Of a stretch of 64,000 nt of DNA, positions 9,706 through 17,916 are shown piece after piece (position 1 is the first letter of the stretch; each line of letters starts with the position of its first letter). The notes under the pieces are model-generated. The model was not told the origin of the DNA. It searched no databases and saw only the letters and a list, made by a program, of their open reading frames with translations. The stretch comes from Bacteroidales bacterium (lineage in GTDB: Bacteria; Bacteroidota; Bacteroidia; Bacteroidales; UBA12077), in contig JANQHR010000040.1 in the NCBI GenBank assembly GCA_028282585.1, positions 3,715 through 67,714 of the forward strand, written 5' to 3'. The position numbers and the translations under genes are program-made.

Positions 9706-11097
9706 TTATTTATTAAGATAAATTTTAAGCTTTTTACCCGGTTTTAGATCATTTTCATCAACAATATTATTTTCTTCCTTTAATTCAGAAATCGATCTAC
9801 AATTGAATTTTTCCGCTATGCTCCAAACCGTATCACCTTTCTGAACGGTATAATAAATATAACGATCAGTTGTATCCCTTTGTTGTTTAGGGCGAGTTCT
9901 TTCCTCTTCAATCTGACGTGCTAATTCCGGGCTTATCCAAACATCCAGTTTTTGTCCAACATTAAGATCATTCGTCGGTAAACTGTTCCATATTTTTATA
10001 TCATCAATAGTACAGTTATATTTTATGGCTATTTTATGAAAATATTCTCCTTTAGCTACTTCATGAATCACTTTTATTTTACCATTGGTTTCTCCAGCTT
10101 CTGTTACATGCTCATAATCTTTTTCCGATACGGATTCATCATAAATAGCTTTTTCATTTCGAAGAAAAGTTCTGATTTTCTTTTCAGGTAAAATAAGTGT
10201 TGCTGGTTCTTTCATTTTAGGAATATAGTCCAGCTTGTATACGGGGTTTAGATATTGAAGTGTTTTTATCGGGACTTTGGTTACTTCTGATATCCTTTTA
10301 AAAGTAGCTGCTTTACTTAATTTAACCGTATCAACATCTAAATGAATAAATTTTGACTTTATTGGTTTAATGTTGTGATCTTCGTAGTGATTCATTACAT
10401 AATTAACTGCTATAAAAGCAGGAACATACCCATTAGTTTGTGCCGGCAGGTAATCATGAATTTCCCAAAAATCTGTTTTTCCTCCGGAGCGAGCGATTGC
10501 ATTTCTAACAACTCCCGGACCACCATTGTATGCTGCTAATGCCAGTTGCCAATCATTATATATTCTGTATAAATATTGTAAATAACTGCATGCGGCTTCA
10601 GTAGATTTATAAGGATCGCGTCTTTCATCAACGTATGAATTAACCTCAAGATCAAACATTTTACTTGTGTTGATCTTAAATTGCCATAAACCAACAGCAG
10701 CAGAAGATGATACTGCTCGCGGATCTAAAGCTGATTCAACAATGGCCAAATATTTTAATTCTAATGGCAGTTGATACTTATCCAGAGCCTCCTCAAAAAT
10801 AGGAAAATATAGCTCTGCTAAACCAATAATTTTTGCCAAATGCTCCCGACGTTCAATTGTATAAACATCGATATACCTTCTAACACGTTCATTATACTCC
10901 AATTCAATCGGAGTCATATTATTTAATTCTGCAATTTTGTATTCATAAACCAAATCGGGGTAAATAGGGATGGAATCTTTCTTTTCCTCGTCAACAGGAT
11001 CTTCTTCATTTTCAAACTTATTACCCGTACCACTAGAATCTAAAGAAACTATTGTACTCAAAAAAAACGCAATTATTAAAAACCTCAATCTGCCCAT
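9706..11097 (-). CDS. Lytic murein transglycosylase (MltD-like) with two C-terminal LysM domains
   Basis: SLT motifs ESALDPRAVSSSAAVGLWQF and AAYNGGPG. Two LysM repeats (HEVAKGEYFHKIAIKY..., YTVQKGDTVWSIAEKF...). Confidence 0.85.
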   Translation of the reverse strand: MGRLRFLIIAFFLSTIVSLDSSGTGNKFENEEDPVDEEKKDSIPIYPDLVYEYKIAELNNMTPIELEYNERVRRYIDVYTIERREHLAKIIGLAELYFPIFEEALDKYQLPLELKYLAIVESALDPRAVSSSAAVGLWQFKINTSKMFDLEVNSYVDERRDPYKSTEAACSYLQYLYRIYNDWQLALAAYNGGPGVVRNAIARSGGKTDFWEIHDYLPAQTNGYVPAFIAVNYVMNHYEDHNIKPIKSKFIHLDVDTVKLSKAATFKRISEVTKVPIKTLQYLNPVYKLDYIPKMKEPATLILPEKKIRTFLRNEKAIYDESVSEKDYEHVTEAGETNGKIKVIHEVAKGEYFHKIAIKYNCTIDDIKIWNSLPTNDLNVGQKLDVWISPELARQIEEERTRPKQQRDTTDRYIYYTVQKGDTVWSIAEKFNCRSISELKEENNIVDENDLKPGKKLKIYLNK

Positions 11098-11204
11098 AAA
11101 CCAAAAGTAAAATAACGAATGTATGGTAAAAATAATATATATATCCTACTTATTCATTAAATAAAAAGAAAAAGCAAAATGTATTTATTAACAAGTGTTT
11201 TAAC

Positions 11205-11240
11205 AAATAAAAAACCTGCTTAGTTTAGTTTAAGCAGGTT
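11205..11240 (-). terminator. Intrinsic terminator downstream of tatA
   Basis: 10-bp stem AACCTGCTTA/TAAGCAGGTT (11213-11222 / 11231-11240). The plus-strand A-run at 11205-11214 gives a U-tract on the minus strand. Confidence 0.65.
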
Positions 11241-11262
11241 AATTTGATTAAATATAAATTTT

Positions 11263-11451
11263 CTAACTCTTCTCTGAATCCTTTGGTTCTTCATCATCCT
11301 TGGTTGCTTTCTTGAATTCCTTCATACCTTGACCAAGGCCTTTCATTAACTCTGGAATTTTTCTACCACCGAAAATTAATACAATTACCAGTACGATAAT
11401 AACAATTTCCCAAGGACCGAACATTCCAAGAATAATAGTAGGTTTAAACAT
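11263..11451 (-). CDS. tatA: Twin-arginine translocase subunit TatA/E
   Basis: [39 protein letters not shown]. An alternative ATG lies at 11424. Confidence 0.85.
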   Translation of the reverse strand: MFKPTIILGMFGPWEIVIIVLVIVLIFGGRKIPELMKGLGQGMKEFKKATKDDEEPKDSEKS

Positions 11452-11494
11452 GACCTTTAATTTTTAATTATTTATACAAATGTAAGCTAAATTA

Positions 11495-12817
11495 TTATTT
11501 ATTAAAAAGCTTAAAAATATCATTTCCATTCGCATATAATAAGAGAGCCAATAAAATAACCATACCAGCAATCTGAGCATATTCCAAAAACTTATCGCTT
11601 GGTTTACGTCCTGTAACCATTTCATATAATAAGAACATTACATGTCCACCATCCAAGGCAGGAATAGGAAGCACATTCATAATAGCAAGTATAATAGATA
11701 GAAATGCTGTTAAATTCCAAAAAGCCTGCCAATCCCACGTTCCAGGAAAAATCTTACCAATTGTAATAAATCCGCCAAGTGATTTATATGCTTCCGTTTT
11801 CGGTGAAAAAATAAGCTTGAGCTGTTTTAAATAACTTTCAAATGTTTCAATTCCTTTATCAATTCCTGCAGGGATTGAAGCCATAAATGAATAGTCTATT
11901 TTCTCAAGCACAAATAATTCTTTTAAACTACCAACCGGTGCTACTCCAATTAATCCCGTTTCCGGAACTAAAACGGAATAACTAACGGTATCTTCTCCTC
12001 TTAAAGCAGTTATTAGCACTTCGGAGTTTTTATAATGAGATAAGGTATCTTTAAACTCATCAAAGAAATTTACGGTTTTATTGTTAATTGCTATAAGTTT
12101 ATCATTAAATTCAAATCCTGCTTCTTTTGCTGGTGAATCTTTCGCAAATCCTCCAATAAAAAATGGAATTCTTACATCTATAAAACCTGTTGTTTTTAAA
12201 AGCTCCGGTATTAAAGTTTCAGGAACCGGAATCTCCACTTGTTCGCCACTCCTCTCTATTTGTATTGTTTTTACTCCTTCCAAAACAATATCAGGTACAA
12301 TGGAATAGAAATTATCAATTTCCTGCCCATCTAAGGAAACTACTTTATCTCCACTCCTAAGGCCAATATCATAAGCCAGGGAATCTACCATAATACCATG
12401 CTCAACATTTTTATTAGGCAGGTATTGCTCACCCCAGACATATAATATGCCAGAATATATAACCAGCGCTGTAACAAAATTTACTAATACACCTCCCAGC
12501 ATAATCAATAATCGTTGCCATGATTTTTTAGAACGAAATTCGTGCGGTTGCGGTGGCTTTTTCATTTGTTCCTTATCCATAGATTCGTCTATCATTCCCG
12601 ATATTTTTACATATCCTCCTAAGGGTAACCATCCCATACCATATTCCGTTTCACCTTTTTTTACTTTAAATAATGAAAACCAAGGATTAAAAAAGAGATA
12701 GAATTTTTCTACCCTGGTTTTAAATATTTTAGCAAACATAAAATGTCCAAATTCGTGTAAAATAACTAATATGGATATGCTAAGTAAAAATTGTCCTGTT
12801 TTAACTAATACTTCCAT
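11495..12817 (-). CDS. rseP: RIP metalloprotease RseP (site-2 protease)
   Basis: HEFGH zinc motif, PDZ region and NVLPIPALDGGH motif. Sits downstream of dxr. Confidence 0.9.
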   Translation of the reverse strand: MEVLVKTGQFLLSISILVILHEFGHFMFAKIFKTRVEKFYLFFNPWFSLFKVKKGETEYGMGWLPLGGYVKISGMIDESMDKEQMKKPPQPHEFRSKKSWQRLLIMLGGVLVNFVTALVIYSGILYVWGEQYLPNKNVEHGIMVDSLAYDIGLRSGDKVVSLDGQEIDNFYSIVPDIVLEGVKTIQIERSGEQVEIPVPETLIPELLKTTGFIDVRIPFFIGGFAKDSPAKEAGFEFNDKLIAINNKTVNFFDEFKDTLSHYKNSEVLITALRGEDTVSYSVLVPETGLIGVAPVGSLKELFVLEKIDYSFMASIPAGIDKGIETFESYLKQLKLIFSPKTEAYKSLGGFITIGKIFPGTWDWQAFWNLTAFLSIILAIMNVLPIPALDGGHVMFLLYEMVTGRKPSDKFLEYAQIAGMVILLALLLYANGNDIFKLFNK

Positions 12818-12829
12818 CTAAATCTTCTT

Positions 12830-13984
12830 TTACTTCTTTATTAATGTTTTTGAAAATTCTCTTGTCTCTTTATCTGTATTTATTAAATCATCCAGTTCAG
12901 GATGTTTTATATAATTAATTTTTTGCATACTTTGTTCAATGATCTGTGTCATTTCACAAAATCCAATTTTATCATTTAAAAATGCTTCAACAGCAATTTC
13001 GTTAGCAGCATTCAAAATACAAGGCATATTACCACATTTACCCATTGCTTCAAAAGCTAATGCTAAATTTCTAAAATTCGTTAAGTCCGGTTTTTCGAAA
13101 TTCAACTCCGGATAATCCCAGAAGCTAAATCTTGGAAATTCAGTTTTAACTCTGTTTGGGAATCCTAATGCATATAAAATAGGAAGTTTCATATCCGGTA
13201 ATCCCATTTGTGCTTTGATAGATCCATCTTCGAACTGAACTGCTGAATGAATTATCGATTGCGGGTGAACTACAACTTCGATTTGGGTAGGATTTAAACC
13301 AAACAACCATCTTGCCTCGATAGCTTCCAGACCCTTATTCATCATGGTAGCGGAATCAATTGTTATCTTAGCACCCATATCCCAATTTGGATGCTTTAAC
13401 GCATTTTCTTTAGTTGCAGTTTTGAGGAATTCCAGATCCTTTCCCCTGAATGGCCCACCTGATGCTGTTAAATATATCTTTTCAATTGCATTTTGACCTT
13501 CTCCAACAAGGCACTGAAAGATTGCCGAATGTTCGGAATCAACCGGATAAATACTTACTTTATGATGAAATGCCAGTTTCTGAATAATTTCTCCCGCTAC
13601 TACTAAAGTTTCTTTATTTGCTAATGCAATGGTTTTGCCTGATTTAATAGCTTTTATGGTTGGCAGTAATCCGGAATATCCTACCATCGCAGTTAAAACC
13701 ACATCAATGGTATCCATTTCAACAATTTGTGCAATAGCATCATTCCCGGCATATACCTTAACAGGTAAATCTTCAAGCTGATCTAGCAATTCGTTGTATC
13801 TTGATTCATTTGCAATAACAACTGTATTGGGTTTAAACTCTCTGGCCTGATTTGATAGTAATTCAATATTATTATAGGTGGTTAATACTTCCACCTCAAA
13901 ATGATCAGGATTCTCTCTTATTACTTCTAATGCTTGTGTTCCGATCGAACCGGTAGATCCTAATATTGCAACTCTTTTTTTCAT
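12830..13984 (-). CDS. dxr: 1-deoxy-D-xylulose 5-phosphate reductoisomerase
   Basis: ILGSTGSIGTQALEV NADPH motif, LANKE, SEHSAIFQC and LTASGGPF motifs. Confidence 0.95.
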   Translation of the reverse strand: MKKRVAILGSTGSIGTQALEVIRENPDHFEVEVLTTYNNIELLSNQAREFKPNTVVIANESRYNELLDQLEDLPVKVYAGNDAIAQIVEMDTIDVVLTAMVGYSGLLPTIKAIKSGKTIALANKETLVVAGEIIQKLAFHHKVSIYPVDSEHSAIFQCLVGEGQNAIEKIYLTASGGPFRGKDLEFLKTATKENALKHPNWDMGAKITIDSATMMNKGLEAIEARWLFGLNPTQIEVVVHPQSIIHSAVQFEDGSIKAQMGLPDMKLPILYALGFPNRVKTEFPRFSFWDYPELNFEKPDLTNFRNLALAFEAMGKCGNMPCILNAANEIAVEAFLNDKIGFCEMTQIIEQSMQKINYIKHPELDDLINTDKETREFSKTLIKK

Positions 13985-14016
13985 TTAAAACTATTACTCT
14001 CCTTCTCCAAATTTAA

Positions 14017-14880
14017 TTAGAATGCTACATAATCTTCCGGATCTATGGGAGTTCCATTGTGCCATAATTCAAAATGAAGGTGCGGACCGCTGGTTAATTC
14101 ACCTGAGTTTCCAATAATTGCAATTGCATCGCCAGCCTTAACATGGTTTCCAACTTTTTTAAGTAATTCTGAATTATGCTTGTATACTGAAATTAAATTA
14201 TTATTGTGCTGTATTTGTATAACATATCCCGTCTCTAGAGTCCAGTTTGCAATGGTTATGGTTCCATCTAAAGTTGCACTCACTACCTTATTCGAAGCCG
14301 TAACGATATCGGTACCAAAATGATTTTCGTTAGGACTAAAAGAGTTTGTTACCAAACCTTTAACCGGAGGATAAAAATGAATGCTTGAAAAATCCGTTTT
14401 ATTTGTTGTACCAGTTAAAATAGATAAATTAAATAATTCTTCTTCTTCTATTTGTTGTCGTAATAAAGAATCATGTTCCGATTTATCAAAACTGATTTCT
14501 TCGTAACGAATCGTTGTATCTTGTTCGCTTTCATAACTTAGAGGAGTACCTCCTCTAATTATAGTATTTATGCTTTCGAAATAACGATCACGGATCTCCA
14601 GTTCATGTTCCAGTGAGTCTAATTTATAAACATTAGAAATAATATTACGACGCATATTACCATCAGGATAACCGGGGATAAATTCTCGTAATGGAGTAAA
14701 GGCAATTAAAACTATAATGCCTATTGTAAAAAGTAATATACTAGTTCCTAAAATAGAAAACACATTTAATCTTGATAAACGTAAAAACCATACCTCCTCG
14801 AATGTATCATCATTATATATACTAAGGCGGTATTTATGTTTTAATTTATTTACTATGCGCTTCTTTTTTTCTTTAATCAT
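14017..14880 (-). CDS. M23 family metallopeptidase (membrane anchored)
   Basis: N-terminal TM helix. HFGTD...GNSGELTSGPHLHFELW M23 motifs. The ATG at 14880 is preferred to the TTG at 14883. Confidence 0.85.
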   Translation of the reverse strand: MIKEKKKRIVNKLKHKYRLSIYNDDTFEEVWFLRLSRLNVFSILGTSILLFTIGIIVLIAFTPLREFIPGYPDGNMRRNIISNVYKLDSLEHELEIRDRYFESINTIIRGGTPLSYESEQDTTIRYEEISFDKSEHDSLLRQQIEEEELFNLSILTGTTNKTDFSSIHFYPPVKGLVTNSFSPNENHFGTDIVTASNKVVSATLDGTITIANWTLETGYVIQIQHNNNLISVYKHNSELLKKVGNHVKAGDAIAIIGNSGELTSGPHLHFELWHNGTPIDPEDYVAF

Positions 14881-14899
14881 CAATCATTTAATTTGATTA

Positions 14900-14907
14900 C
14901 AAAGATA
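14900..14907 (-). promoter_or_regulatory. Bacteroidota-type -7 box (TATCTTTG on minus strand)
   Basis: Plus-strand CAAAGATA, 20 nt upstream of the M23 peptidase ATG. Confidence 0.4.
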
Positions 14908-15112
14908 AAAGATTTAATAATCTAAATTGTTTATTTAAGCGTACTAAAATAGATTAAACAAACGAATTATACGAACTGTTTTTAATATTTATAATGCTAT
15001 AATAACATTATTTAACAAATCCAAGTTAAATTGATAACTAAAATATTTATGGTAATGATAACTTATTATTAAGAATAATGAAAAAAAACTTTGTTTTCTA
15101 TGTATCATTGGT

Positions 15113-15120
15113 TACATTTG
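15113..15120 (+). promoter_or_regulatory. Bacteroidota-type -7 box (TACATTTG) upstream of tRNA
   Basis: Matches TAnnTTTG, ~38 nt upstream of the mature tRNA 5' end. Confidence 0.35.
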
Positions 15121-15157
15121 CATCCGCAATTGAGAAATAAACGTACTTAAAATATAT

Positions 15158-15230
<73 letters not shown>

Positions 15231-15236
15231 CTAAAG

Positions 15237-15270
15237 AGCCTGAGAAATTTAATCTCAGGCTTTTTCTTTT
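15237..15270 (+). terminator. Intrinsic terminator after tRNA-fMet
   Basis: 9-bp stem AGCCTGAGA/TCTCAGGCT with a 7-nt loop, followed by TTTTTCTTTT. Confidence 0.75.
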
Positions 15271-15454
15271 ATGATCTACTCTTCAACTGTTAGATAATTA
15301 TATAAATTTCACATCTCAGTCGAAAAACTTACATAGATTCTTGACATTATCTAATTATTTTCTATTTTTAAACAATCAACACCTACCAGGACTATTGCGA
15401 ATACGAAAGGGAGAGTAAAAAAGTATTGTAATGGTTCAGAACAAAAAATTGTTA

Positions 15455-15559
15455 TTAACTCAATTCTTGATATCTTTTTTCAAGAGCTTGACTGTATGCA
15501 ACATACGGTTTAAACCCAATTTTGTCATAAAATCTGTAATAAGCTTTTTGAGCATCAAA
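15455..15559 (-). pseudogene. C-terminal remnant of a GNAT-type acetyltransferase gene
   Basis: Minus-strand translation FDAQKAYYRFYDKIGFKPYVAYSQALEKRYQELS*. It carries the GNAT C-terminal A..(F/Y)Y.K.GF signature. A stop codon lies immediately upstream, so only ~34 codons remain. Confidence 0.4.
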
Positions 15560-15691
15560 TTACAATATAATTTAAAAAACTTGTATTTGTATACTATTAT
15601 GGAAGCTAAACTTTATCTATTAACCGTGTTTATTATAACAACAGCTGAAAATCTGGAAAATCATTGTATTTAATAATTAAAAAGAACAATA

Positions 15692-16039
15692 ATGAAAGAT
15701 GAATCAACCGGAAAATTCTCAGTTCATTTAAGTTTTGAGGAAGTACGATTACCTCCGTTTGAAGATATTTTGATACTTGGTAAAAAATGCCCTCAAGGGA
15801 AAATTGGAGTATATAAGTCTTTTGAACTTCTGATTCCGAACGAATTCGAAACATTTGAAATTGAAGATGAGATTATTGAAGCTATTTTTGTAAATAAAAG
15901 GATTTTAAAAAAAATTGACAAAAATAAAATAATTACAATTTTACGTGAAAAGGTTTTCCCATATGTTTCTGCATCTGAGATTTTAAAAGTAGATTTTAAA
16001 TTAAGAATTTTTTACGATTCTGTTAAAGGAGAATTTTGA
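15692..16039 (+). CDS. Hypothetical protein, translationally coupled to downstream kinase
   Basis: 115-aa ORF. Its stop TGA (16037-16039) shares one base with the kinase ATG (16039-16041). No motif recognised. Confidence 0.5.
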   Translation: MKDESTGKFSVHLSFEEVRLPPFEDILILGKKCPQGKIGVYKSFELLIPNEFETFEIEDEIIEAIFVNKRILKKIDKNKIITILREKVFPYVSASEILKVDFKLRIFYDSVKGEF

Positions 16040-17124
16040 TGGTTTTAGAAAATTACGTATCCAATACTTATCCAACTGTTGGGCCATTTGAAGGAATTAA
16101 TTCAGTTGAAGATTTGTTGTTAGAAAACCAATATTTGGTAGTTATCGAGAATAATAACTATCAGGGTATTTTAACAATATCTGACGTAATCAAACATCCA
16201 CATAAAATTGTAATTGATTGTGTTACAAAAAAAGAAAGTATAAAAATAGATGATACGATAACTTCTGCACTTGAAAAATTTTATTCAAGTCAATCTTTTG
16301 TCCTGCCCGTAATGAATGGTGGTGATTTTATTGGAGTAATTAAAAAAGATCAAATTTTAATAGCGTTAGAAACAAAGGTTAATAAACTGTACGATGAATC
16401 ATTGATATCCGAGAAAGCTAAAATAAATTTCTTAAATAATTTATCTCATGAAATCAGGACTCCTTTAAATGGGATACTTGGATTTTTAGACATTATTGCA
16501 CAATTAGACACCGATGATTTTACGATTAAAAAAGAAAACTTCTCTAAATCCATAAGAAAATCTGCTGAACATTTTTTAATGATAATGAGCGACTTAGTAG
16601 AGTTGTCTTTTTTCCATGCAGGCGATGAATTAAACATAAGAAAAAGCAATGTAGACATAGTTGAAATTTTTACAGAATTGAAAGATTTTTTCAATGAATT
16701 ATCATTGTTTCAAAACAGAAAGGCAACCGTCGTTTATTTAAATTCGGATTCCTCTTGTTTTATACATACAGACGGAAAGAAACTCAAACATATTTTATAT
16801 CATTTAATCAATAATGCAATAAAATTCTCTGAAGATAATAAAGTAACTTTTGGGTTCGAGTTGAAACCTAAAGAGAAGAATATTAGCCTTTATGTAAAAA
16901 ATAAAGATTCCAATATTGGTCAAAAAGATGTTCTAAAAATGTTTGATATTTTTGAAAAACAAAAAAATATAGGAAAAGAATTAAATTTTGGTTTAGGTAT
17001 AGGGTTGCCATTAGTTAAAAACTTGACTGATTTATTAGGTGGTCGAATTAAAGTTGAAACAGAAAACAAAGAAATCTCTTTTTTTGTCAATATACCAATT
17101 GAACAGGAAATAGTCAGCATATAA
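16039..17124 (+). CDS. Cytoplasmic sensor histidine kinase with N-terminal CBS pair
   Basis: CBS-like N-terminal ~115 aa. H-box FLNNLSHEIRTPLNGILGF. HATPase N box (NNAIKFS) and G box (GLGIGLPLV). No TM segment. Confidence 0.85.
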   Translation: MVLENYVSNTYPTVGPFEGINSVEDLLLENQYLVVIENNNYQGILTISDVIKHPHKIVIDCVTKKESIKIDDTITSALEKFYSSQSFVLPVMNGGDFIGVIKKDQILIALETKVNKLYDESLISEKAKINFLNNLSHEIRTPLNGILGFLDIIAQLDTDDFTIKKENFSKSIRKSAEHFLMIMSDLVELSFFHAGDELNIRKSNVDIVEIFTELKDFFNELSLFQNRKATVVYLNSDSSCFIHTDGKKLKHILYHLINNAIKFSEDNKVTFGFELKPKEKNISLYVKNKDSNIGQKDVLKMFDIFEKQKNIGKELNFGLGIGLPLVKNLTDLLGGRIKVETENKEISFFVNIPIEQEIVSI

Positions 17125-17130
17125 GAATGA

Positions 17131-17270
17131 AATGGCTTAAGCTCATAAACCAAAGGTCATAGGCTCCGAAAACTAGAAATCACAGATTTCGTAAATTTTC
17201 GAGAGTTCTCATGTTTTTACGAAATCCAAAGAATTTCTAAAATACCGAACTCGAGTCCTGCTTTCACAGC
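17131..17270 (+). pseudogene. Degenerate tRNA-Met(CAT)-derived fragment, interrupted
   Basis: 17141-17169 matches tRNA-fMet 15188-15215 (GCTCATAA..CCAAAGGTC.TAGG.TC.GA) at about 25 of 28 positions by eye. 17250-17261 CTCGAGTCCTGC matches the T-loop TTCGAGTCCTAC. Confidence 0.45.
17171..17244. repeat. 74-nt imperfect palindromic insert flanked by CCGAA direct repeats
   Basis: Stems TAGAAAT (17174-17180)/ATTTCTA (17233-17239) and GATTTCGTAAA (17185-17195)/TTTACGAAATC (17216-17226). CCGAA occurs at 17166-17170 and 17245-17249. Confidence 0.45.
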
Positions 17271-17406
17271 CAGAAAGAGTTAAAAACATAGTAGCTGGTT
17301 TTGTATTTCGCATATAGTTAAAAACTAGTTAATAAGTTAGTTCCATTAAAATTGACAAAGGGGTATATACATTCATATCTTGTATAAACCAATAAAATCA
17401 TTATCA

Positions 17407-17823
17407 ATGGAAAATAATTTGTTTACAAAAGTTTATGATTTCTTTAATCATATGATTCATCCCTCCGACTTAAAACTCTCTAAAGACCTGAAAATTAAAC
17501 GATGTCCTGTTACCAGACTGGATATTTCCATGCAACCAAAGCATACCAAATTTATGAGTGCCTCCGGAATAAAATGGTATTATAAAAATGAAAGGGAAAT
17601 ATACCATCAGTTTTTAGGGGTCAGGTTAACTGAGAGTTCAAGAAACAAAGATATTGATACCCAGTTTCAGTTAATTGCTCACTGCATTCGAAATGCGGAA
17701 AGTAATCCCCGGAATAATGCAAGAAAGGCCATACGAAAACTGCTAAATGAAAAAGATAGTTTATTTAACAACCTTCAACTTATTGATAAAAAAAAGCTTA
17801 GAGAAGCAGGTATAAATAATTAG
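17407..17823 (+). CDS. Hypothetical protein
   Basis: ORF with ATG at 17407 (the ORF track starts at TTG 17380). No motif recognised. Confidence 0.4.
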   Translation: MENNLFTKVYDFFNHMIHPSDLKLSKDLKIKRCPVTRLDISMQPKHTKFMSASGIKWYYKNEREIYHQFLGVRLTESSRNKDIDTQFQLIAHCIRNAESNPRNNARKAIRKLLNEKDSLFNNLQLIDKKKLREAGINN

Positions 17824-17916
17824 ATGTATTCAAATTTCGTGATCAATAATCTTACTAAACTACAATAAACAAAGTAGATTTAAGTTCGTCTTATAGATAA
17901 AAATTATTACTATTCC

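Noticed and set aside
11102-11109. TACTTTTG-type -7 box (plus-strand CAAAAGTA) only 5 nt upstream of the lytic transglycosylase ATG. A similar box (CAAATATA, 37800-37807) lies 5 nt upstream of the SiaC-like ATG.
   Set aside because: The spacing would imply leaderless transcripts. I cannot support this without transcription start mapping, so they are not reported as promoters.
15431-15673. 80-aa plus-strand ORF in the tRNA-adjacent gap.
   Set aside because: It has no motif and a hydrophobic low-complexity translation. It overlaps the more interpretable minus-strand GNAT remnant, so I do not treat it as a gene.
17171-17244. Insertion in the tRNA-like fragment considered as a tRNA intron (group I or archaeal-type).
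   Set aside because: It is only 74 nt, far too short for a group I intron. It lies in the T-loop rather than the anticodon loop. The host tRNA-like sequence lacks an acceptor stem and D-arm, so it is not a functional tRNA.
15271-17270. tRNA-flanked patch considered as an intact integrative element or prophage.
   Set aside because: No integrase, excisionase, or phage or conjugation genes are present. Only a remnant-level interpretation is justified.
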